Source: Lama glama (lineage: Eukaryota). Taken from it: a DNA stretch of 64,000 nt. A program made the position numbers and the translations under genes. Positions 39,901 through 49,167 of the stretch are shown here, in pieces. Positions within the stretch are counted from its first letter, which is position 1, and every line of letters starts with the position of its first letter. The notes under the pieces were generated by a model. It saw only the letters and a program-made list of their open reading frames with translations, was not told where the DNA came from and ran no database searches. The stretch lies in contig CM052817.1 of the NCBI GenBank assembly GCA_028534125.1, positions 1,676,001 through 1,740,000 of the forward strand. Reading direction: 5' to 3'.

Positions 39901-42900
39901 GCCTGGCTTGCTCCACAGCGCGCCTGTGTGCCTCTGCAGCTCCCACGTCTCTGTGTTTCCCTCCCTCCAGAATAACGGGGCTCTGTCCCCGGTTCTGCTC
40001 AGAGCTAGCCTTGCAGGCAGCTTGGCCAAGGGGTTTGGAGGAGGGGCCCCTGCCAGTGCAGGCAGGAACCAGCCACGCCAGGCCTCGAGGGCCAGGCGTC
40101 CTGGCAGACAGAGGGCCTGGCTTGTCCGCGGGGCATCTCTGTGGCAGTTGATTCTTGATATTTTATTTGGGTACAATTTTGAACATTTGATTTAACTGAA
40201 TGTAAACATTTCCCTCAGACCTGGCATCACCGTCTACTTTACTGGCAGTGATACCAGGATGCAGGTGCACTTACCTCGCTGCCACGGGTCCTAGAGTGTC
40301 CCCCTGCCCCCGCGTCTTAGCCCCCCCCCCGCCCCCGATAGCACAGCTGAGGCCTGTGCGCGGGAAGGGGCTTGTCTCAGGCCACAGAGCTAACGCGTGC
40401 AGATGAGGATTCGACCCTGTCGACTTGGGACCAGGCCTGCTCACCGAGGGGGCTCTCCTTGCACAGCTGCCGCGCGTCCCCAGGCTCTCTGAGCACAGGC
40501 TGCCGAGTCCAGCGCCTGCCTTTTCTCCCCTGGGGTCCGTGTTGCCACACAGCGACTGCCCGGCCCTGGCCCCCAGCCTCTGCCATGGGAGCAGTTGGCC
40601 GGTGGGCTGCGTTCCGCGGGGCTCGGCCTGGCTCTGTCTCTTGCACACATTGCTCGTGTGCCCTCTGCATCTGGTGTTCGCCTGATGGCGTGAGCGCCGA
40701 TGGCCTGGCCTTGTGTCAAAACAGTTGTGGGATCTCCTGTTCTCTCGTTTGTGGAGTTCTCGTTGAATAACGGGTGCGTGCTTGAGTCCTGGTTAACCTT
40801 CTCAGGAGGGAGCCCACCAGATGAGCTGTGGGGGGCTTAGCGCCTGCGGCTGCAGCCCATCTGCCGGCCTCAGGCCGTGCCGGGGCCTCCTCTGCTTTGC
40901 TGGTTTGCTTTTTTCTTTCAAAAAATTCTAGGTTTTCCAGATTCCTCAGACAAATGCTGCTGTTTGGGGACTTCTTTTTAAATCTATCGATGTTTTGGGC
41001 TAAGTTCCAGGATCTAGTCATAAACCAAACACAAAGTCAAAAGAACAGAACTTTTCTGTGCTCTTAGACCGTGAACAAATCTCTGCACTCAGCTCAGTGT
41101 TGTGAATCGGGAGGAGGGTGATCGACTTACAGCCGTCCCTCCGGGAGGACGGAGCCCTCCCTGAGGTGCTCTGCGCACTCCCCCTGCACTTTGGTGCCTC
41201 TTTCTCTGAAACCCAAGGACTTCCCTGGGATTTCCTCTCCTGTTGCATTTGTTTCGTGGCACCAAAGTCGCGTTTCTCCCTCTTCCGTTGCCCAGGCTGC
41301 AGCTCAGCCCAAGCCTCAGGGCTGCCTTTCAGGGATGTCCGTGTGCTCCCCCGAAACCGCCCCGCCCGCCCCGCCTGCAGCCTGGCCTGGGAGGGGGGAG
41401 AGTCCTGGGGGCAGGGCTGCTGCAGGCTGACCGGTGTCCGTTTCTGCCCGCAGGGAGAGCTGGTGACAGCCTCCAAGGCCATCATCGAGAAGGAGTACCA
41501 GCCCCACGTCATCGTGAGCACCACGGGCCCCAACCCCTTCAACACGCTCACTGACCGCGAGCTGGAGGAGTACCGCAGGGAGGTGGAGCGGAAGCAGAAG
41601 GGCCCTGAAGGTGAGCACGCGCCCCCTGGGTCCCGGGCTCCGTGCTGCGAGCCTCCCCGTCCCGTGTGACTGGGCAGCTTGCCGGACAGAGAAAGACCAG
41701 AATGCCGTTCCATGCACATCTGATCTGCCCCCGGGCTAGTTCTGGAGGAATGAGAGGGTAGACACACCTGTAAATGGTCTGCTTAGGGAAGGACACGCAT
41801 GCAGTCAGACAGGGCGGGGGTGGCCCTGCCCTGAGTGCCCCACCCTGAGTGCCCTACCAAAACGAGGCTGGGCCTGAAAGGCGCCCTGCCTGTCAGAAGC
41901 TGATGTGGGGACGGGGCGAGAAGGAAGCGGAGAAGGAGGACGCGGGCCTTGTGGCCCCGGCCGCACTCATGGGCTCTCCACCGTCCGGGGGGTCCCAGCT
42001 GCGGAGGGCAGTGCTTGCTGCTCCTGCTGGACCGCGGTCTGTGTTGAGGGCTCAGGACGCCCACAGAAGAGCTCAGTGACCTGGGCTTGTTAGTGGGCAA
42101 GCGGCCTGAACATCACGTTGAAGGCACATTTGGCCTTTGACGTGTACAATGTGTCTCTGTCACAGTTCACTGAGGAGAGGCCTCCTTTGATTCTCCTGGT
42201 CGCATTTGGAGCAGTTACGTTGTGCCAGACACCGTGCTCAATGCTGCACATGTGAGCGTTTCAGCGAGCTCTCAGGCAGCCCCGAGAGATGGGCCTGTTC
42301 CCCAGGAGCAGGGCCGCGCGTGGCAGGCCTGGTCTCAGTGGCGGTCGTGCTGGGGCTTTCTGGCGGGCTCTTCCCCGTGAGCTCCGAGGGCTCCCGGGCA
42401 GGGCTTGGTCACAGGCCTGCGGGCTGGGCTGCCGGGCGCTCGCGGCCTTCCCCAGGCCCCGTGAAGAGCGAGGCCGACTGCTGGCGCAGGCTTTGTCTCT
42501 CTCGGTAGCTCACTCATGTAAGAGGTCTTGTGTTCATAAAATGTGTTTGGACTGTTTTACATCAAGGAAAACGAGTGGTTCTAAGAGCCAGAACCTCATG
42601 GAGCAGCTTGTTTCAAACGTGGTTTATTAAAGTAGATCCAAACGTTTTGAGAGCTCAGGAGAGACACCAGCCCCCCCCCCCCGCCGCCTCTGACGGGAAG
42701 CGCAGCGGGTCTCGCTTGCCCTCCCTGAGCGCCCTGGGTTGGTTCCCGCAGAGGCCCCGCCGGGAGGCTTGTGCCATCATCCGCAGGGCCTCTCCCTCCT
42801 GGGAGTCAGTCTTCCCGGAATGAAGTCCCCGGTGTGTGGGACTGAAGTTCCCCTCTTGGGAACTGTGTACTGCTTCGAAGACAAGCTCTGGTTTGCCCCA

Positions 42901-45900
42901 ATTTAACTTTTTTTTTAGTCTTGTTCTAGACCAACTAATGTGTTGCTCAGCTGCTGTTGAAATCTGAGTTGTGTAGAAAATGCGCCGTTGAGCTGTTCCT
43001 AAGCGTTACGTTGTCACTGCCTGTCACTTTCTGTTAGATACGTGTTAAAATTAAGACTCACGGCACATAGATTCAGAGCGAGCCTGGTCTTCCGCTCACA
43101 GCAAGCTCTGTCTCCTGAATGGGGCATGCAGCCCCACAGAAAGCTTTGTCTGAGCCGTGGCCGTGATTACCTGCCTTAGGTTAAGAACAAGGGGTGGTGC
43201 GTGGGCCTGAGCCGGCGGTCCTGTGGCCTGACCCCCCTGTGCACAGACACTTCCAGAGGCTAGGAAACCTGGAGTTCTTGTGTGTTTGGTTTTGTTTAAG
43301 TTAAACCACAAGACACAGGAGTTTCCTCTCCGTGTGAGGCTCCATCAGGAGGGACGTTACAGCAAGTGAGTGGAACTGGATGGGGACAGCTATGACCATG
43401 CTCTGTGACCGCATCGCTGTCAGCGTGGGAGTGGCAGCCAGGGGCCAGGAGACCCCTGCCCAGCACTGGTGGCCCTCGGCGTGGGGTGGGGGGAGGGCAG
43501 TCGTGTGCCGCGGGGAAAGCTTGGGCTGCCCGGCAGAGCTCAGCATCTCGGGTGAGAGGAAGAAAGCCTCTGGCTTTGGCTCCTCTTCCTGGTGGAAGGA
43601 ATTTGCTCAGGCAGGACATGGGAAGGCCTTTGTTTACAGGCACTTGGCCTCAGGAAGGGGGCTGCAAGCTCAGGGACCTAGGAGGCTGGACTTGTACAGA
43701 ATTTGGAGCCGAATATTCCCAAGGTGCTAATATAAAAAGTTTACATGAGAGGAGGAGATTTGAGGACTTAGGGTTATTCTGTGCATTTTTCCATAAGTGA
43801 GGAGTAGATTTGGAACTTCGGGGTCTTCGTTCTTGCAGTTTTTCCTCTGGTTTATCAGCACATTTTACTTAAGAAAGTACAACTGCGCATTACAGTGGCC
43901 AAGTTTACACTGTTGGTAGAAAACGCCCTGAATAAAACTTTAAACCACAGTCATGCTCATGTAACGTCCCTTGAGGTGGCGAGTAGGGCGAGGGTGCGTG
44001 GGACCCTGGGCTGCTTGCTCAGGTGGGAGGGCGGGGTCCTCACTGGAGGGCAGTAGAGGACAGGTTGGGGTCGCTGGTCCCAGCATGCCGCAGAGGCTGC
44101 TCTGGCAGAGCCCGAGGTTCAGACCCACACCCCGTCATAGCCAGCTTCCTCATCCTCTTTCCAGTAGGAGTGAAAGGCTGCGGGAGTGGCTGTGAGCCCT
44201 CCCCGAGGGCCGGGGCAGGAGGGCTGTCCGGGCGGAGGGGCTGGGGGGAGGCCCTGTGTCTAAAGCTCTTCACCATCGTCTCACTTTCTGTTCATTTGCA
44301 GAGAGTCTGGACGAGACTGGAGAACAGAAAGAAAAGAGTCCTCCGGAGCCCCCCGCCGCCCCCCACACCCCCCCCAGCACCCCGGTCCAGCTGGAGGAAG
44401 GTGAGCTCTCCGGGGGTGGGGGGCAGCGGTGTAGCTGCCCCGGGTGTGTGTGGGGGGGTGCACGGCCCTGTGGACCGGCGTCTCCAGGAGGCGTGGACCT
44501 GCAGTTCTGTCGGGTTGGAGGAAAGCAATGGAGTGCGGCGGTAGCTGGCCTGACACTAACACAGGGGTGTGCGCGACACGGAAACCGGCTCATCACAGGC
44601 TTCTGACGCGCCGGCCTCCGCTCCTGTCGGGTTCTGTCTGTCCTGGGTGACTTGCAGCAGAACAGGTTCCTTAGTGAGACTTCACGACAAGGTGGGAGGA
44701 CAGACTGCAGACTGGAGCCCAGCTTCGTTTGTCGATCCTGCCCACTGCTTGCACATTTCTTAAACCTTACTGTGCTCAGATTAGCCCTGGAAGTGTCTTC
44801 CGTTGTGCCTGGGCCGCAGGACTGCGTTTGACTTGCCGTATTTATCAGTGATGGAGAGTGCTGGCCTCTGTCGGCCTCTCCGACCAGCCCCCTGTGTGTC
44901 TGGCGCGTGGCCTGCGTGTCTGTCCCTCGGCCTTGTGCACCATGCTCCCCGTGCCTGTCGGGGGCCTGTGGCTCACCTTCCGCCCCTGTGTCCACAAGAA
45001 TGGCCCGGCCATTCTCCGTCTGTAACCCTGTGCTGTGACAGCGCATAGATTCTCTCCTGTGCTTTCTCTTCCTGTGGCTGCGTCACAAGCAGGAGGCGGA
45101 AGTGCTAAAGAGTACCTGTTACCATAGTAAGTACCGCCGCCGCCTGGCCTGTCGCTTAACCAGAGTCCCCTGTGCTTTGCCTCATTCTCTTGCTTCTTTG
45201 TTGCTTATTAAGTTTTGTTTTCTGTTCATTCAAAATTAAAACAAAAGCCCCCTTTTCTTGTACCCAGTCCCTCCATCGTGGGCAGTGGGCTTCTTGAAGG
45301 GGATTGTGTCACCTGAGCCCCGCAGGGCAGCCTGCCCACAGCACCTCCTAGGCTGAGGCAGTGCTGCCCAGGGCACTCTGGGTCTCGGAAGTTCTGGAGG
45401 GACCACCTTGTCCTTCAGCCTTCGAGACGCGTGACTGCTCAGCGGGGAGGTTTTGCTGTATCAGATCAGACATAAGTCTAGACTAGGTTCGGACAGGCTG
45501 GGATTTTGCCAGCCTGCTGCATGTGGGTTGCATGTGTTTGGATCTTTGCGTTAAGCAGGGTGCTTAAGCTTAAACTGAGGAGGGTGGAAGGGTGGTGACA
45601 TTTGGCTAAATGATATAGCCCCCCAAGTACCCTCTGCATGCTTGGCAGTGAATCCCAACTGCCTCCTGCCCCAGCTAACCAGCTGACCCCCAGAGCATCT
45701 AATTACCCCGGGCAGGAGGCAGCGGGCAGGGCGGGCCGGGCAGAGAAAGTCCTGGAGCCGCGTCCTGCAGCCGCTCCTCTCCCGCGCTCTGCTCAGCTTG
45801 CTCAGCTCGGCTCCCTGTCACCTCCGATGTTCGGCTAGATTTCTGGGTACTAGATGGTTTGGTGTTGCCTAACTACTCTGTGGCTTATAACTTTGCAGAT

Positions 45901-46889
45901 AGTTTTAAAAAATCTACAAAACTGGTTTCCCCCAGGGTCAGTGTAGAAGTCAGCCAACAGGCTGTTTCTTTAAAACAAGTGCTGTTTGGCTCTTTCACGT
46001 TTCCATGTTCAAATCGTTAAGACGGCTTGAATTTTTACCTTACAGTTCATCCCTCTTCCTTGGGGAATCCTCCAGCTCTCGCCTGATGTCGGTGCTCGGG
46101 GGTCTGGGAGCCGGGAGCGGACTCCTGGGCTCTCGCTGGCGGCTGAGGCTTCCCATGGTTTTCTCCCTGGGGGAGACCAGGTGTTGTGGATGTAAACCTA
46201 GGCTTGATTTCAGGGCTACTGATATGTGTCCTGAAGGGTTCACGTGTTTAACGCAGGACATTGTTCCCCGCTTGCCGTGATCCCTGTCCGCGGTGGGGAC
46301 CGGGGCCCTGTGACCAAGTCTGGTGTGTCAGCAGGCCATCCATGAGAGGAGCTTAGAACTGCCCTGAGACTGATCTCTGTCTTGTCCTATGAGCTGCCTC
46401 CAGCCTTGGAGTAGAGCAGACCTTATTTAAAGTTTCTTATTCTTGCCTAGAGTCACACAGAGGCAGTTTCTGTGCAGGGCACTCGAGATGCCCCTCTGAG
46501 GTCTGGGCAGTTGCCCTTTAACCCCGTCTCTCCTGTCCCGCCTGCCAGACCCACCGCAGGAGCCAACTCCCAGAGACAACAGCGATGCTGCCACCTTCCA
46601 GCCCACCCTCCCCGACCTGTCCCCAGATGAGCCTTCGGAAGTGCTCGGCTTCCCGACTTTGGAGGAGGAGGAGGAGGAGGAGGGGCTTTGTGAAGCTGGG
46701 GGCCCTCCAAGTCCCACCCGGTCCCCCACGGCCGCCAGCCCTGAGCCAGCCGCAGCCCTGGCCGCGGAGGAGGGGGCTGCTGTGGACCCCGGCAGCGATG
46801 GGTCTCCGGGCAAGTCCCCGTCCAAAAAGAAGAAGAAATTCCGCACCCCCTCCTTCCTGAAGAAGAGCAAGAAGAGGAGCGACTCCTGA
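9746..46889 (+). CDS. ADD1: Alpha-adducin, whole spliced CDS span (14 constitutive coding exons, 2202 nt, 733 aa); non-coding exon 1 lies upstream of the window
   Basis: Exons join in frame with GT-AG boundaries from [17 protein letters not shown] to the MARCKS-like tail [21 protein letters not shown]; class II aldolase-like head ([19 protein letters not shown]). Confidence 0.98.
10451..10587 (-). mobile_element. tRNA-derived SINE (camelid Vic-1-like)
   Basis: Reverse complement reads GGGTGCAGCTCAGCGGTAGAG (A box)...GGTTCAATCCCC (B box) followed by an A-rich tail. Confidence 0.8.
10860..11420. mobile_element. L2-like LINE relic
   Basis: Purine-rich degenerate L2-type phrases (cattggagggtt..., aggatttgctgatggat..., agaatcagag). 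Confidence 0.5.
13079..13241 (+). CDS. ADD1: ADD1 exon 3 (163 nt; missed by the ORF track)
   Basis: ttag|[42 protein letters not shown]...AALNM; gtgagt donor. Confidence 0.97.
16901..17263 (+). mobile_element. Short non-autonomous L1-derived element (L1 5' end fused to L1 3' end)
   Basis: Starts GAGGGAGGAGCCAAGATGG (L1 5' YY1 motif); ends with an L1 3' UTR, AATAAA at 17233 and an A tail; TSD aattaaagag at 16889 and 17264. Confidence 0.75.
17500..18640 (-). mobile_element. Degenerate L1 ORF2 fragment
   Basis: Antisense L1 phrases (ttccttctgttcctaatttactgagag, gaaccaaccttgcattct, catctgggcctggg). Confidence 0.7.
18812..18963 (+). CDS. ADD1: ADD1 exon 4 (152 nt)
   Basis: [15 protein letters not shown]...IYNHIT, tttcag acceptor, gtgagt donor. 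Confidence 0.97.
22990..24245 (+). mobile_element. Degenerate L1 ORF2 3' region and 3' UTR
   Basis: aggaataaatttaaccaagga, ggaggttcctcagaaaattaaaaacagaactaccatatga, ggcattatgccaaatgaaataagtcag. Confidence 0.8.
25265..25345 (+). CDS. ADD1: ADD1 exon 5 (81 nt)
   Basis: [27 protein letters not shown], gcag/gtaaga. Confidence 0.96.
25597..25746 (+). CDS. ADD1: ADD1 exon 6 (150 nt)
   Basis: [15 protein letters not shown]...HIHTPAGAA, ccag/gtgagt. Confidence 0.97.
27592..27735 (+). CDS. ADD1: ADD1 exon 7 (144 nt)
   Basis: [16 protein letters not shown]...NLGPKSK, ccag/gtcagt. Confidence 0.97.
27855..27953 (+). CDS. ADD1: ADD1 exon 8 (99 nt)
   Basis: [33 protein letters not shown], tcag/gtgggt. 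Confidence 0.97.
28669..28845 (+). CDS. ADD1: ADD1 exon 9 (177 nt)
   Basis: [18 protein letters not shown]...MRMLDNL; AAG acceptor, gtaaga donor. Confidence 0.95.
32300..32850 (-). mobile_element. Old L1M 3' fragment
   Basis: Degenerate antisense L1 3' UTR/ORF2-end motifs. Confidence 0.55.
32893..33144 (+). CDS. ADD1: ADD1 exon 10 (252 nt, proximal donor)
   Basis: [19 protein letters not shown]...SSPKSKTK, ctag/gtgtgg. Confidence 0.96.
33145..33237 (+). CDS. ADD1: ADD1 exon 10 extension through the distal donor (+31 aa [31 protein letters not shown])
   Basis: In-frame 93 nt ending TTG|gtctgt; matches the known 31-aa alpha-adducin insert as I recall it. Confidence 0.88.
35718..35819 (+). 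CDS. ADD1: ADD1 exon 11 (102 nt)
   Basis: [34 protein letters not shown], acag/gtgcgt. Confidence 0.97.
36483..36572 (+). CDS. ADD1: ADD1 exon 12 (90 nt)
   Basis: [30 protein letters not shown], tcag/gtgaga. Confidence 0.97.
37278..37370 (+). CDS. ADD1: ADD1 alternative cassette exon (93 nt, [31 protein letters not shown])
   Basis: ttgcag acceptor and AAG|gtacac donor; phase 0-0, stop-free, in frame between exons 12 and 13. Confidence 0.8.
38080..38198 (+). repeat. Tandem duplication, 2 x ~60 bp
   Basis: agcctggggcc...gtccgccc units at 38080 and 38140, ~8 differences. Confidence 0.9.
41454..41610 (+). CDS. ADD1: ADD1 exon 13 (157 nt)
   Basis: [29 protein letters not shown]...RKQKGPE, gcag/gtgagc. 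Confidence 0.97.
44302..44400 (+). CDS. ADD1: ADD1 exon 14 (99 nt)
   Basis: [33 protein letters not shown], tgcag/gtgagc. Confidence 0.95.
45093..45126 (+). CDS. ADD1: ADD1 alternative 34-nt exon 15 ([11 protein letters not shown] then stop; 631-aa isoform lacking the MARCKS tail)
   Basis: aagcag acceptor, gtaagt donor; similar to the human short-isoform end GDGCAREYLLP as recalled. Confidence 0.85.
46549..46889 (+). CDS. ADD1: ADD1 last exon, coding part with the MARCKS-related basic domain
   Basis: ccag acceptor; ...[31 protein letters not shown]. Confidence 0.97.
46662..46682 (+). repeat. ADD1: Coding (GAG)7 trinucleotide repeat (poly-Glu) in the ADD1 tail
   Basis: Seven uninterrupted GAG codons. 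Confidence 0.95.
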
Positions 46890-48349
46890 AGGCCTGTCCC
46901 ACCAAACTGATGCCACCACTGTCCCCGACCGCGTCCCCTGCTGTCTCCTTGTGTAGTGGAATGCGAGCCCCGCCCTCTGTGTAGCTAGTGACCCCCCACC
47001 CCCACGCAGAGCGGTGCTAACCCCATGTGCGCAGCGGCCCCCACCCCGGGCCCTCGGCCTCAGGTTCTGGGGGAGACTCTGTCTCCGCGTCCAGCTCCGG
47101 GTCCTGCCCCACAGGGACCAGCACGTCGGCCCAGCTCGGTCTGCTCCCCGGGGATGCACGCTCCCTGGGGCATCACGTCATGTTCTGGCTGGACCGGAGG
47201 AGGCCCTGACCTTGACCTCACTGCTCTCCTGCTGTGCAGTGACCGCTCCCCATGTCTGCTGCGCCTTCACCCCAAGGTCTCAGGTGACTGGATCAGACCA
47301 CAGCTTCCTACTAGCACGTCTGCTCAGCGAGGCCCATGAAGCCTCGGTCCTGTGAGGGCCTCGCCCGCCAGCAGCGCAGCCCCTGAGGCGGCCTTTCCCG
47401 GGCGGGTTTGGGGTGAGCGGGCGCCCCCGGCAGCAGGCGGGCCTCTGCACCTAGGGCAACCGACGCGTGGTCTCAGTGGCTCCCGCGCCTTGCTCACTGG
47501 GGTCTCCAGAGCCCTGTCGTCTGGGTCCCGTCGTTGGGAAGGCGCGTCGGGAGGGAAGAGGCCTTTCCGACTCCCTCTCCAGCAGGCGCGCCGCTTGCCC
47601 TGAGTTCAGCGAGCGTGAATAGGCCTCTGCGCAGGCACGCTCCTCCCCCCCGGGGCCTGCGTCGGGCCGCCGGGCGCCATGCACCTTGGAGAGGTCTCAG
47701 ACCTGGGAGGGGAACTGCTCTTACCTTTGCTCCGCCTGAAGGGTGCCCTGGTCTTGATGAAGGCAGCTCGAGGCAGGAGTTGGCCCTGGGGGCCCCACCT
47801 GATGTCCCGTGGTCACTGATGGAGCTCCCCCTCCGCCTCCAACACTCCACTCAGATCCCTGGAAAACAGCGTGAAGCTGCCCAGTGGGAGCCAGTGGGTG
47901 GCCTGATGGCCACCTCGACAGTGCCCTGTTCCAGGAGCTGCCGGTGCCAGCCTGTCCCCCAGATGGGTCCCCTGGAGGGGCAGGGCCCCTTGGTGGACCT
48001 GGTACCAGATGTGGGCTCGCGTCCCATACCCTCGACACCCTCACAGGACCTGAGGCCGGCTGCATGGCACTGACCTCTGCTTCGAGCTCACTGGCGAGCA
48101 AGCCGCTTTTCGTGTGTATCGTTGCGTTGCCGAGATGGTGGTAAATTCTCCCCTCACCCTGAACTCAGTTAACCACAGGCTCTTCCTTTTATCTCTGCCT
48201 CTGACCCCACATATGCAATGACTTTCATTTCATTTTTGTAGTTTACTTTAATCTTTGTATCACGACATGAAGTTCAGTTGTGTACACGGACACGGGCTTG
48301 GGAGGGCAGGTCCTGTGGCCTTTCTTCACTATACGATGTTTTACTCACA

Positions 48350-48355
48350 AATAAA
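48350..48355 (+). terminator. ADD1: ADD1 polyadenylation signal AATAAA
   Basis: AATAAA ~1.46 kb after the stop, with TGTA elements upstream and a GT/T-rich tract at ~48393-48430. Confidence 0.8.
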
Positions 48356-48938
48356 ATTCTTTAAGCAGTCTCCTTGTCTAAACTTGGAGAGCAGTTTTGT
48401 GTTTTAATTTCCTTAATTTTCCTTTTTTGTTCCTTTAAAGTAGGACTTCCAGAAGTTTATCTCACATTCCAAAAAAAAAAGTCTCCATGTGTTTATTTCT
48501 TGGTCAAGTGCAATCTGTTGCTTCTGCCGAGGGCCCCTGACCCAGAGCCACCGCCCCAGCAAGTGCCCGCTGTCCCCAGGAAGTACAGGCATGGCCTGCG
48601 GGCACTCCCGGGTCCACAGTCTGAGCAGACGCTGGCAGGGCAGTGAAGTCGGGATCTGTGGTGGGACAGCCTGGAAAAGGGGGTCCCTCCTCCCCAGTCT
48701 GGCAGGGTGCGGGGCACACCCCCAGTACCACCTTACGAGTGCTGACCCTGCCAGTAGGGGCTCCTTCACCTGACTCTCACCCCAGCCCAGTGGAGGGGAG
48801 ACAGGCTGTGGTCAGTGAAGCTATGAAAGCTGTTCAGCTCAAGCTGCTTCTGGTGCCTGGGGGTCTCCCAGGGCAGTGGGTGTGGTAGGCATGAGGCCTG
48901 TGCACGAGAGAAAGGCACTTGGTACAAAATATAGCTGC

Positions 48939-48944
48939 TTTATT
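48939..48944 (-). terminator. MFSD10: MFSD10 polyadenylation signal (AATAAA on minus strand)
   Basis: TTTATT on plus, ~225 nt past the MFSD10 stop; a second copy at 48492-48497. Confidence 0.75.
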
Positions 48945-49167
48945 TCGTCGTTCAGAGACCTGGCCGACACCCTGTGGCACTGAGTAGAAAAGAGAAGTTG
49001 TAGTGTCTGCTCCTCTGGGTAGACAGGCCAGGTCTACGGGGCTCGTGGGCACCCTGGGGCTGCAGGTCCTGGGCCCGCCTGGGCTGGGCCCCGGGAGGGA
49101 CGAGGCAGCGGAGCAGTCCTGGCCCAGACTTCCCACTTCCCAGCCTCAGCGTGGGGTTGCGGCTCAG

